The notes below the pieces were generated by a model. That model had not been told where the DNA came from and searched no databases. It worked only from the letters and a program-made list of their open reading frames with translations. Made by a program: the position numbers and the translations under genes. Below are positions 13,001 to 24,300 of a stretch of 64,000 bases of DNA, piece after piece (the first letter of the stretch is position 1; the number at the start of each line of letters is the position of its first letter). The stretch is from Tubiluchus corallicola (Eukaryota > Animalia > Priapulida), in NCBI GenBank assembly GCA_030141605.1, contig JAQGDQ010000855.1, forward strand, positions 23,259-87,258. The letters are read 5' to 3'.

Positions 13001-16000
13001 TGGATGTCTAGCCAGGCCGTTTTTACCTGGTTGACATAGCTGGTACCTTTCTTCTGTTCGCCATACGTTTGAGACACGTTTTGTCTATGAGTTTTATTTT
13101 GGCCTTAATGGCAAAATTCAGTTGATGTCCTGTGAGAGACAATAGTTACGTACACAATGTTGTATTGACAACCTTTACGTAGCACCAGCACGACTCAGGA
13201 GTGAGGTAATTGCCTCGTCATACTTCTTCACTTAGAGGAACTCTTGGACAACCCACCCTGTGAGGGGTTCTGAAACTTTCGGGGCATTGGTGGAGTGTTT
13301 ACATAGTGGTGGAGCCCGCAGCATCCTGGTTACGCTATTCGGCGGTAGAGGAGACGCAGAGATACGACTACGATTCCAGATTAAACTACTTGTGGCGTGT
13401 CAGAACTCATGGATAGACTACATCCGCCTTATTCCAGTAGTGGATCGTGGATTTGGGACTGTGAACCGTCCTGGGTGCATCCTGGAAGAGCCGGCCATCG
13501 GGAACTACATATAAACATGAGTATACTCCTTGCTGTTCGTTAAATCTGGGCCCAGTAGACATTATTTTCTCCCGTATGTACAATTGTTCTTTGCTTTGGT
13601 CTTGTTGAATAATATACTGTATGATTTGCACAACATCCAGGTGTTTAATAGTTCTATTTCTAAGTTTGTCAAAACATTTTACGATTAATAACTCAATGAT
13701 TATATTTAGTAAAATAATCGAGTCCTATAGGAGAATTGCCCCTACATGAACCCAAACGCTTGGTGATGAAATTAGTAGAAATGATTACCCTGACATGTTA
13801 GTAAATTACGAGCTCTGTCTGTTTAGTGTTTCCTGTTTAGTCGTTCACACTCACGGAGAACATGTGACCCGAGCTTTAGATTTGAGACTTTGATGCTAAA
13901 TTACCCTAGACGAGTTATAATATATTAGTTTTATTCCCACAAACCGTCACAGCAGGCATCTTAACTACAATTGTCAAGTGACATGTGTATAATGCAAAGC
14001 CATCTGCAGCGTCAGTTCAGTAACTTCAGTTGTTTTACGTGGATTTAATACTCAACTATGCATTTAGACCATGCGTAGAGTGATTTACTGGTAGGATCTT
14101 GCTTGGAAACAAGAAAAAATGAACCAGCTAAGATTCTATCTAGGTGTTAAAACGGTTACTATTGCAATAGAATGGTCTATGAGGCGTTGTCAAGTGCACA
14201 CAAATGCGTTGTCTGGTACACTCAACCTTTTCACGATCGTCATTAATCGCTGGAACTGTGAAAACTCCAATCGTCTTTTCGTTTTAGGCATTTTTTGTGT
14301 ATTCAATTATGTATTCAAAAGTGAACGAAGACCAACAGCTTTGTTAATAAACAATAATTATTGTTTGTTCCATGTAGCACCATTCCATTCAAATAAATGT
14401 GATCATAAAATTGACACTGTGTGTGTGTGTGTGTGTGTGCGTGTGTGTGTGTGTGCGCGCGTGCGTGCGTGCGTGCGTGCGTGCGTGTGTTTATTGACTG
14501 ATTAAGAGATTTGATATTTTGGTTCAGTCCATAGCTCACTGCAAAAAAGGAGTTTTGATCATATAACATGATCATTACTGTCCAAAAATAGCTAAAGAAT
14601 TATTTACAAATTCTTACTACACACTTACGATCACATAACATTATCATTACTGTCCAAAAACAGTTCAAGGGTTATTTACAAATTCACGATAAACACTTTT
14701 GATCACATAATATTGGACTGAATTCGACCCAGGGAATCGAACTCCAAGATGGCATTGCGGTCCTGATATTTCGCATCATGAAGTGCCATTTTATAATCGT
14801 TGTGTAACCGATACTTAATTACAAATGTTAATGTTAATTAGCTAAATTAATGTCTGTAAACAAGTACCTTATACCTGTTATAGCGTGTCATCTAACTCTC
14901 ATAAAACAAAATACACAAAAACTACACTGTACGGAGTTTATTAACAGCACTAATAAAAATAAGTAACAAAAATACACGTGCACACAAAACTAACTAACTA
15001 ACTCAGTAACAGCACTACACCCGAGGAGCACCTGTGTCAGAAATCAAGGCTGTAGTGACCTCTACACGCTTTTATACTGGCATTCCAGGTCAGCTGGCTT
15101 CTCACACCACGTGTAGGCCCAAACAAGACGTCTGGACCTACAAGGAAGGGGTGAGTTGCTGTTGACGTGGAAGCAGGGCGTGTAGAGGGCCCTACACCTG
15201 ACCCGACACAGGTGCCTCCGTAACAATAGGATCATAAAAATAAGGAGATTGTTTGGGGATTGTTTTTCATTATTTTTATATCCACTTTCCACTTTCTATG
15301 CCTGAGTTCAATGCACTTGGAAATTTACTTGAGTGCTTTTATATAATTAGCTCCATGAATGACTTTCTGTATAAAAGTGCTGCAATCTCCTAATGCATTG
15401 TAAGCTGTATAAGCTCTACGTGATCAAAAATAAAGATTTATACACTTGAATGAGAAATTCCTATGAGTTCAAAAGCAAATTCCCTGACCGTAGATTAAGA
15501 CGGATAGGACATTTTGTAAGATTACCAAGTGAAACACCAGTAAGCGTCGCCATGAAGCTCTAAGACCTTGCATAAGACCACATAGCAAACCAAAAACAAC
15601 TTGGATAGCTAAGATAAATAAAGATGTTGAACAACTTCAACCAAATCTAGCTTTAAAAGTGAAAGAACTTATGCTGTCAGCTGCAAATAGAGTGAGTGGA
15701 ATGCTTTAAAAAATGTTAATGCCTCTTTGCCTACAAAAACGGGAAAGAGGCACTGAAGAAGAAGAGAAATAACTGCTGTACACAGGGAATCTGTCCAGCG
15801 CGAGTTGGTCAGTTAGCAGTTTGGTCAAAGGAATACTGTACTTTTCCTGAATTTCAGTTACACAGTTTCACCGTAAACGTCAGTTTAGTCATGTACATGC
15901 GGCATGAATTATGCGCCATGTTTAGTCATTTATAAATTATATGTGGCGTGGAACACTAAAAGCGAGTGTATGTAACGCGTGGGTTCGATATTCACATAGC

Positions 16001-16341
16001 AATTTAGATTGCCACACTCGTCCAACTTGCAGAGGGGTACATATAACTTGTCTCTACATTGTTTCCAGGGAGATTCTGGTGGTCCAGTGGTGCTGCCATA
16101 TACGGGAGAAGTAATAGGAGTCATATTCAGCTCTACCAACACGTGTTCAGATGCTACGCTTTCTGTAAAAATTGGTCCTTACCTGGATTGGATTGAAGAG
16201 ACACAAGTTAAGGCTGAAGAGTCTAATTATCAACACATCCAGTCTAACTCTACTTATTTATATAACACAATATGTATAAGTTTCTTTTTCTGGGCTGTAT
16301 ACTTCACTTGTTTTTATGAATTACTTGTCTTTTTGTGCTAA
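6812..16341 (+). CDS. S1-family serine protease paralog 2; 7 coding exons, ~349 aa, with signal peptide, propeptide, intact triad and hydrophobic C-terminal tail
   Basis: Exons 6812-6989, 8363-8430, 8720-8841, 10340-10412, 10649-10853, 12579-12709 and 16069-16341 are all GT-AG with compatible phases (1050 nt). Motifs: EPR|IIGG, CGG..TAAHC (His57), VDMGL (Asp102), GWG, SGCEGDSGGP (Ser195), YLDWI. Tail ISFFFWAVYFTCFYELLVFLC. Confidence 0.92.
7058..8158. repeat. Duplicated compound pentanucleotide microsatellite block (2 copies) in intron 1 of protease 2
   Basis: (ATATG)n-(GTATG)n-(GTACG)n-(GTACA)n-(GTATA)-(GCATA)n-(GCACA)n with a shared unique leader, present at ~7058-7632 and ~7633-8158. Confidence 0.95.
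9250..9560 (+). mobile_element. Degenerate tRNA-derived SINE
   Basis: A-box-like TGACCGAGTGGTT and B-box-like GAGTTCGAGAC at tRNA spacing; no complete cloverleaf; the 3' boundary is uncertain. Confidence 0.4.
9650..10137 (-). mobile_element. Second copy of the LINE family L-B 3' fragment
   Basis: ORF 9897-10145(-) is nearly identical to 1821-2078(+) and has the same 3' UTR and (TCATAAT)n tail. Confidence 0.8.
11068..11250 (+). repeat. Degenerate interstitial (TTAGGG)n-like tract
   Basis: About 30 imperfect hexamers (GGGTTA, GAGTTA, GGGCTA and others) inside intron 5 of protease 2. Confidence 0.75.
11510..12057 (+). mobile_element. Solo LTR (548 bp)
   Basis: Inverted ends TGTGAAAGT...ACTTTCACA, perfect 5-bp TSD GGCAC, TATA-like CTATATAAA at ~11692, AATAAA at ~11970, and internal tandem repeats. 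A diverged inverted relative lies at ~5740-5890. Confidence 0.8.
13960..14290. repeat. Dispersed repeat family A (unclassified non-autonomous element)
   Basis: Homologous segments at ~12730-12850, 32040-32430 and, inverted, 37830-38160 (for example GCATCAGTTCAGTAACTTCAGTT and TGTCTGGTACACTTAACCTT). Confidence 0.6.
14876..15225 (-). mobile_element. Possible degenerate solo LTR
   Basis: TGTTA...TAACA ends, with minus-strand TATAAAA and AATAAA in the right order. The flanks ATACC/ATAGG match only partly as a TSD. Confidence 0.35.
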
Positions 16342-18313
16342 ATGTTTAGTTTAGTGATACAACATGATGCAAGCAAACGTGTTATGTTAACTAGAAATGT
16401 TAACTAAAGAAATGTTAACTAGACACTGTGCATTTATCTGGTTTCTAATAATATGTTACGTGTTAAGACCGGTCACAATGTTTTAAAAAAGTAAAACAAA
16501 CCACTAGAAGCATAGAATACGGAAATTTCAGGTGGGTGGGAATGGGTCGTGAATGAGTGAAAGTCATGTTTTGATTATATGAGCAGCTATCAGGATAATT
16601 AAGCTAACGTCGCACGTAAAATGGGAGCTTTTAGTTGCACATAAATTCTTCCGAAAGATTGGTATACGAAATTAGCACACAACTCGCGGAAGAAATTATT
16701 TGCAGAAGATCTGAAGTTCTAAATGTAGCTAATCTTGGTATATTGGCTGACAATTACAAGCAAAAACACCCAAAACATGTAGTGGTTTTTCTATTCCTGT
16801 TATTTCGCACACTTGTTATAGTTTCTCTACTCAGCACTACCGTTGTTACGTATGAGAAGCACATAAACTCTCACACGAAAACTCCAGCCGAGATCCATTT
16901 TTATTGGTAATAAACTTTTATAAGAGCTTTATCTTTTGTAGTGAAGGTCACAATGTTACCTGGTTGATTTGAACTTATTATGGTTTTGCTGGCATGTAGT
17001 AGGTGTTTGATACCTCAACGTGGCTGTTTTGGTTTAACAATTAGCTGCAATGATTAATCAGATATTTAATTTTTTAATAAACATAACATAACATAAGATA
17101 ACATGACACAAAAGTACTTAAGCTATAAACTTGTTGATATCGCAGCCAAACGCTAATGCATTGTGATACTAGGCAACGAAATTTCACATTTCTGCTTCTA
17201 ATTGTAGTTTATGGCTGAATCTTAGACACTTTTTTTCAGCGCCACCCGGTATAAGAAACAGAACAGATTGATCACCATTACCTAAACTGTTGTGCAGATT
17301 ATGTATTGATGCATTTACTTCCGAGTACTGTTACCTGGCGTCAAAACCAGAGCAATAACCTGTGGGCAGTTTGTAATTTTTGCAACTTGATTTATTTCTG
17401 CAGCAAAATAATTATACGATTGGATGAAGAGCACCGGTTTCTGTGTTCTTATCCACGTGATCAACTTTAAATCCACGTGACAGAAATGAAACAATTGTGT
17501 CACTCTGCTTTAACTGCCTATAAACAATTTTGTAGCAGGGCTATGGCAATTTTCTTTCTAAAAGAAACTTCAAGTGTAGACAATGTTCTTTACAATAATG
17601 GTTTCTTGCTTGTAAGCAGCTTTAGAATTTGGTAGACTGTGTTCCTGAGAAAATTCTAAAGCTGTGTAGAGGATTTTAGGGGCGTAACACTACCATGATG
17701 TAGAGACCACAGTGTTTTATACTGAATGACCTTTTTGTTGTTTACCTAGGTTATAATTCGAGCGCTGCCATTATGTATATAGTACTGCCTCCGAAATATC
17801 ATTATAGGACTTACACGGTACACAAATTTATGGAAAATAATTGTGATTGTTTTTTAATATTTTTAAGAAGCCACTTTCTATGCTTGAGTTCAATACAGTT
17901 GGAAATTTGTTTGAGTGCTTTTATATAATTAGCTCCACAGTGTCTTTCTGTTTAAAAGTGAGGCAATCTCATAATTTATTGTAAGCTGTATAAGCTCTAC
18001 ATAATCAAAAATACAGATTTATACACTAGAAAGAAAAGAATTCCTGGGAGTTCAAAAGTAAGTCCCTGGACCAAAAATCACGGTGGCAAGATGGCTTCTA
18101 AGATTACCAATTAAAAAATCAGTAAAAATCGCTAGGAAGCCTTAAAACCTTGCAAAACACCACATGGAAAACCAAACACAGCTTGAATAGTTAAAACACA
18201 TAAGTGCCCCGAAACACCATTCTCAAATATTTCTAAAGTTTTTTTTAAATTGCTTTTTAATTTTAGTTGCTCGACTATTAAAAAATCTTTCCCTGAAGGC
18301 CAGACAGGTACAA

Positions 18314-21300
18314 ATGACTTGTAATATTGTAGTTATACTCTTTTTACTCTGCACTACATGGTCATGGTTTAACGAGGGTCAACCGAGAGACAAAGACTCA
18401 CAAAATTCACGTGCAGAAAAACTGAACTCAAAAAACAGAGTACTGCATCATCGTGAAATTGCCAGCCGTCCAGCTGATAATGGTAGGTAACTTTTTATGC
18501 GTAATAAGTTGCCTGCATTTTTAGCATTTCGTACACATTTAGTACTAATTTTAGCTAAATTGTTGCACAATTTTTTTTGATTATTATGCATTTATCATTC
18601 TATTTCTTGGACAGTTATTGGATGTAAATATAAATAAATAGCTCGTCATATTCAAAAACAGCAGTCACACAAACTGTTGTACGATTATTTTTTATTACTT
18701 GCAGGAACACTGCCAGAGCCCAGAATTATTGGTGGTGAAAAAGTAGGAACTGTTAGAGAATTTCCTTACATGGTGAAAAAGTTGCTTTCCTCTTTCAGCA
18801 ATAATAATAAGTCTATTTAAGTGTATTAAAATTGTAGAATTAGTGTAAACGAACGACTGTAGATGGCAGCATAGACTAATTCAGTACTTTAATGTAGTAT
18901 AGGTTTTACACTTCAAATGTAGACACAGGAAAGTTCAAATGTGACTTAGGTAAGTCAAATGTAGATGCATTACTTTGAATAAATCGGTAATTAAGTTATT
19001 TAAGTGCAAATTAGAAAAAGATAAACCAAAGATAGTGCATCTATTAGTAGGCCTATAACGTTGTTATTTTAACTTAGGAGCAATTATTAAATTGAAATTA
19101 AAGAAGATTAAATTTAACATCCTTAAACTTCAACACCTATCCCACATTTGAGATACCAATGTCACATTTGACTTGACATGTGTCTACATTTGACTTACCA
19201 AAAACGCTTAAGATTTGTTGAAAACCATTGTTAACACATTTGAACTACCTAAGTCTACATTTGAGTTACCAAGACACATTTGAATTACCTAAATCTACAT
19301 TTGAGTTAACCCAGGTCTACATTTGACATGTAAAACCTATATTACGCACAGAAAACAATGGAATGTGATAAAGGACTACGTATGGTAGACCAATTTGAAA
19401 AATATTAAATGAGCTACTAGCTGAGCTTAAATTTCTCAGTAGAAATGTTTGATAATCCTTATTACAGCGCTGACAATGTAATTTATTACTTGTTATCAAT
19501 GATTTTCATGTCACAAACTGAAGATTTTGCAAATAATAGTTTGAGAATTTGGAATTGAAATGATGTTAGAATTGTGTTTGAAAATCACATTTTTGCTTTT
19601 GTTAAATTTACAATTTTTATTACTGTTGGGGGGGGGGGGCTACGCTTCCTAATAATATAACCACAACTTGAAATCTTTCAACTCATGACGCATGTTGCAA
19701 ATGTCAAGCAATCTTCTCCTTAAAACGGTTCCATTAATCCTAGATCTTGCGTGTTTGTATCATAAATAAAATTTTGTGACATGTTTGTGTCATATCATTT
19801 AATGTTACACCTCGGGTAGCTAGTCTTTGAGCAACAGTATATGAAATACGTATATCCTCCAAGCGTTTTATGTTTGCTTATTTTAATATCGAAATGAATA
19901 CGGACTTTTTTATTAGTGATCTTATTTAGTATTTAGAGCAGGGTTACTGTTCTCAAGTATACATCTTATTCTGTTAATTGATTTGCAAACTACTGAAACG
20001 AATAGTACTCATTTATTACCGATGACGCGGGTCTGTTCATCAGCCTGCATCCCTAGACCACTAATTTGTCTTATAGATACATTTCATATACTACAAGCAA
20101 GTCTCGCCATGCTTGACTTACGCATTTTCTGTTTCTGGCCTCTGACAAAAAACATTTCTTTATGCACTTAACCACTGCAGTATTCGATACTCTAGAGTAT
20201 CGTGCGAACACAGATCCATTCACCCAGCGAAGAGCACTTGTGAGTCTTATGTACCTAGACAATGATGACTAAAATGTCGCCAAAAGTAGGCTTCTTTGCA
20301 CTTTGGCTTTTTTTCTGCTTAAAGATTTCTTGGTGCACACCTACTCCACAATACCTACATACGGGTAAAATATACTGGAAAAAAATTAAGAAGTCCCAGC
20401 TAGCAAGAGTCGAATCATAATCGTGAAACTGACCAATGCCTGTTGTTCTTGCCGCTTGAGTAAAGGTCAGATTTCGCTACAGTGCTGTCCTTTCCTCCAC
20501 CTTGGCTATCTATCCTCTGCCTAGCAAGCCCAGCGAGTTGGGTACTTGAAATGGTTGCATCGCATAAATAGTAAAGATTTTATAATCTCGGAATGTAATA
20601 GACCACTTAATGAGTGTATAAGATAAGAATAAAGATAAGACAAGATAATAATTTATTTTTCCCCAATTTTAAAAATACAAAACTGCAAAATGCAAGAGTT
20701 TATGTTACCAACGAATAACTAAAATTGTGCAGCTACGGCTGAGAACTAATTTAATTAAGTACTGTATATTTGAGAAGAGGCAAACAGGCCTAAATTACCT
20801 AGAAATCTTTGTACTACTATTTTTGCGTCAAGCATACAATTTTAAAGACTAAGAAATCGTTTGAACAAATGTAAACCGATCTAATTACACCATTCAGCTT
20901 CTGCTACAAAATACGAAAACCCAAAATTTGAACAGCATAATGCTTATGCAGTTTGGCACGGTGCTTAATATACCGGTATGTTTAGTGTTGTTCATTTTCA
21001 TTAAAACAGGTTGCATTTCTTAGAAAAGAGTTAGTAGAGACAGATACAAGTTTCTACTATCGCATATGGTTGTGTGGAGGAATACTACTCAATGACAAGT
21101 GGATTTTGACAGCCGCTCATGGTATTCTACGGTAAGTGAGTCGACCCTTGACTTAATAAGACCTAATTCTTGACCCTAATAAAACCAAGTTGTGGCCTTA
21201 CTGGTAAGCAAAGGCTACAAAACAACTTCGGGCCTATAGTAACTTGAATTACACAAAGTAGTCCCAAATTATATACTACAACAATGTAGCATATCAGGTA

Positions 21301-24300
21301 AACTACATTTGTAGTGCAAATATCTTGGTTTAATTCTTTAATAAAACCTAATTTCTTTACCCTAATAAAACCATGTTGTAGCCTTGGCTTATAGTAATTT
21401 GAATTACCCAATGTAGTTCCCAATGCAGAGCTGACAACAGTGCAGCATATCATACAGTACAATAATATAAGTACATCAGTGCTAAATTTTATGTACTTCT
21501 GCTAATAACAATTGATTCAGATGAAGAACATAAATCATTAAAAGTATTTATAAATGTTTAAAAGCCACATCACGGTATTTCCAGACGCGTAAGAATAAAT
21601 TCTATTGGTACACAATTGTATGTTGATTTGTAAAATGTGTCTAATCTTCATTACATAGTGTAGGAAAAGGAAGAAATTCTAAAATATACCTAGGAAGCAA
21701 CAGATTAAATGAGCCAACCCAGGAACGTTGGGTATGTTCTACTTAACTATTATCGACTTTGCACGTTTTAAACATTATAACATTCATTTTACTGTATGGA
21801 GCATGTGTCATGACATTATTTCTTTAACTCTCACTCTTTTTAGGTGTACTATTACAAGATACATCCTAAGTATAGGAGAATAGGAAATGCAACCCATCTA
21901 TATAAGCCTGCTATCGACTTAGCTCTTGTACGAATGGATCGTCGCGTTGAATTTGATGACAATATTCAGCCCGCTAGACTAGCACGCTGTCGCTATCTTG
22001 ACTATCTAAATCAACCAGTTGATATAGCAGGATTTGGCGCTACCAAACTTAGTATGTCATAGGCATATTATTAACTGATATTAATTCTTCGTTAACGATA
22101 TTAATTAATGATCCATATCCAGCACCCCCCTCGGCCCGTTCCCGTTCTCTACATCTCAGCCGTATAACTTTTGCAAAAAACGGCCGAAAAATGGCCATTT
22201 TTGGAGGTTTTTTGCCCCCCTTCCTCCCGGTGGGCCCGATTCGAAAAATAAACCCCCAATGAGACGACACTAGATCGACACCTTTCGGTTGATGTCTAGA
22301 TCGCCGCAAATGGTGCCGTCGTCGAAGCTGTAGCCTCGAATCTTATATGTATATAAATATATTAAGCCCATACCAAGAATATTAATATAATAGATGCAGT
22401 AGATTTTGACCATCGGAACTTAAATACATTTATTTACATAGATTTTTTCTTGTTGCTTTTGCTTTTACTTTAAATTTACATGGAAGCCATTAACATAATT
22501 ATTTTACAATTTTTTACCTCCTTTAGGACCACAAGAGTTTGCTGCATTTTCCTTGGTTCCATAAAAAACTGCTCTCACTAAGCAACGATTACATTATGTT
22601 TGACAAATTTTATAGATTTCCAATTTTCACACAATAGGCTTTCAAGTAAAATTATATATGAAATCCTTATGCTTGCCTTTCTCCTGGAATAAAGGAGTAA
22701 GTACTCTGCGCAAATTGGGCTGCAGCAAGCTGACAATCAATAAATTTGCGTACACGATCACGAAAGTGCAAGCCAGACTAAGCTACTCGATAGGCCAAGC
22801 TGGAGCACCTCAAAAGAGCGCGCCCTTCTTAGTTTTAGCCAATCAACTCTCGTATAAATGCTTAAACAAATAGCTTGATTGGATACCAGAGATTCTTCTG
22901 AATAGACACCGTGCCTAATTTGTAATCAATTAGTTATGTTTGTGCTCACAGAGTGGCAGAAAAATCACAGGTCCTATAAGATCTATTTTGCGGTCGTGAG
23001 GCAATTAAAGGTGACTGGGTCGTACACTGTCTTGAGTGTGATGACCAGGTCATGTGGATCCAAAAGATATAAAACACAGAATAGTGTGCCAGTGATCTGG
23101 GATCTGATTCCTTCTCTTTCCTTTTTAACGGTTAAGTCAATTTCACTGCAAAGGAGCAACTTCATTTGTCAGTCTGCTAGATAAACCCACCACCATCCTT
23201 GCTCTAGTCCAGGGGTGTGCAAATTGCGGCCCGCGGGCCACTTGCGGCCCACCGAGAGAGTTTGTGCGGCCCGCGAAGAGATTTGTCAACCTAATGAAAA
23301 TGCGGCCCGGGCGATTAATTGAGTGTATCCAGCTGAAGTCCGTGCCACGTCCCAAAGATAGTGCGGGTAGTTTTTTCTACTAGATCGGATGCCATTAACC
23401 CTTACAAGACGGTTGTAGCTTAATAACACTGTACTACACAGACTGTGTGATACACATTATTAATCTGCATTGTAATGAAATTACCACTATCTGTCCTGAA
23501 AGTAGAAATATATGGTTTGTATATAAATTTTAATAACTTCTAAAATAGTTTCTTAAGTGTAGTAGTGCAGTAGCAATGATGTACGCAGGTCGGATGCAAA
23601 AGAATCATTACTTGGCCTTTCTGTACTTGGCTCCTTGATCAAACTGCCTGTGGCCCACAGGAATTACGGGAAAGTTTCATGTGGCCCGGCTACTCAGATA
23701 ATTTGCACACCCCTGCTCTAGTCGAAACTCCATTGGCTAATATTGTAATATCAAATACAATTTAATCGATATTGTAAGCGACATAGCCGAAATAGTGAAA
23801 CTGTTTTACAATACTGATACTTGAATAATCATTCAGTAATTTAGCAAACAATTCACATCGTTTTGTGATTCTATAGTTGTCTACAAGTAAGTCTTATAAA
23901 TTTGGTTCTTCATTTTAATTGAATGTTATATCTGTCATACATTTTATATTTTTAACTATCTGACATGATTTTGTTGTAATCACTTATGTGTGTGACCCTT
24001 TAGACTCAAAATTACAGATACCGATATCATTTTAAATTAGACAAACTCTTTGCAACTTTGTATGTAATGTGTTATTAATATACTTTATATAAATTGCGTC
24101 TACTTGATAAAGTGAGATAAAAAATTTGGGATTAATGGAAAATGTTTGTGCTTCTGTTCTGCAGACATTCAGGAAGGACCACTTAGTGAAGACTTGAAAA
24201 AATTACGAGCTAGGGTGGTCAAGTCTGGAATACAGTTCAAAAATTATAACAGAACAATCTGGATTATGGCGTACACCCAAGATGGTTCTGCATGCTATGT

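Noticed and set aside
13158-13635. GC-richer segment with TGTTGT...ACAACA ends as a solo LTR
   Set aside because: There is no matching target-site duplication and no recognisable coding motif. It is probably a repeat but cannot be classified from this window.
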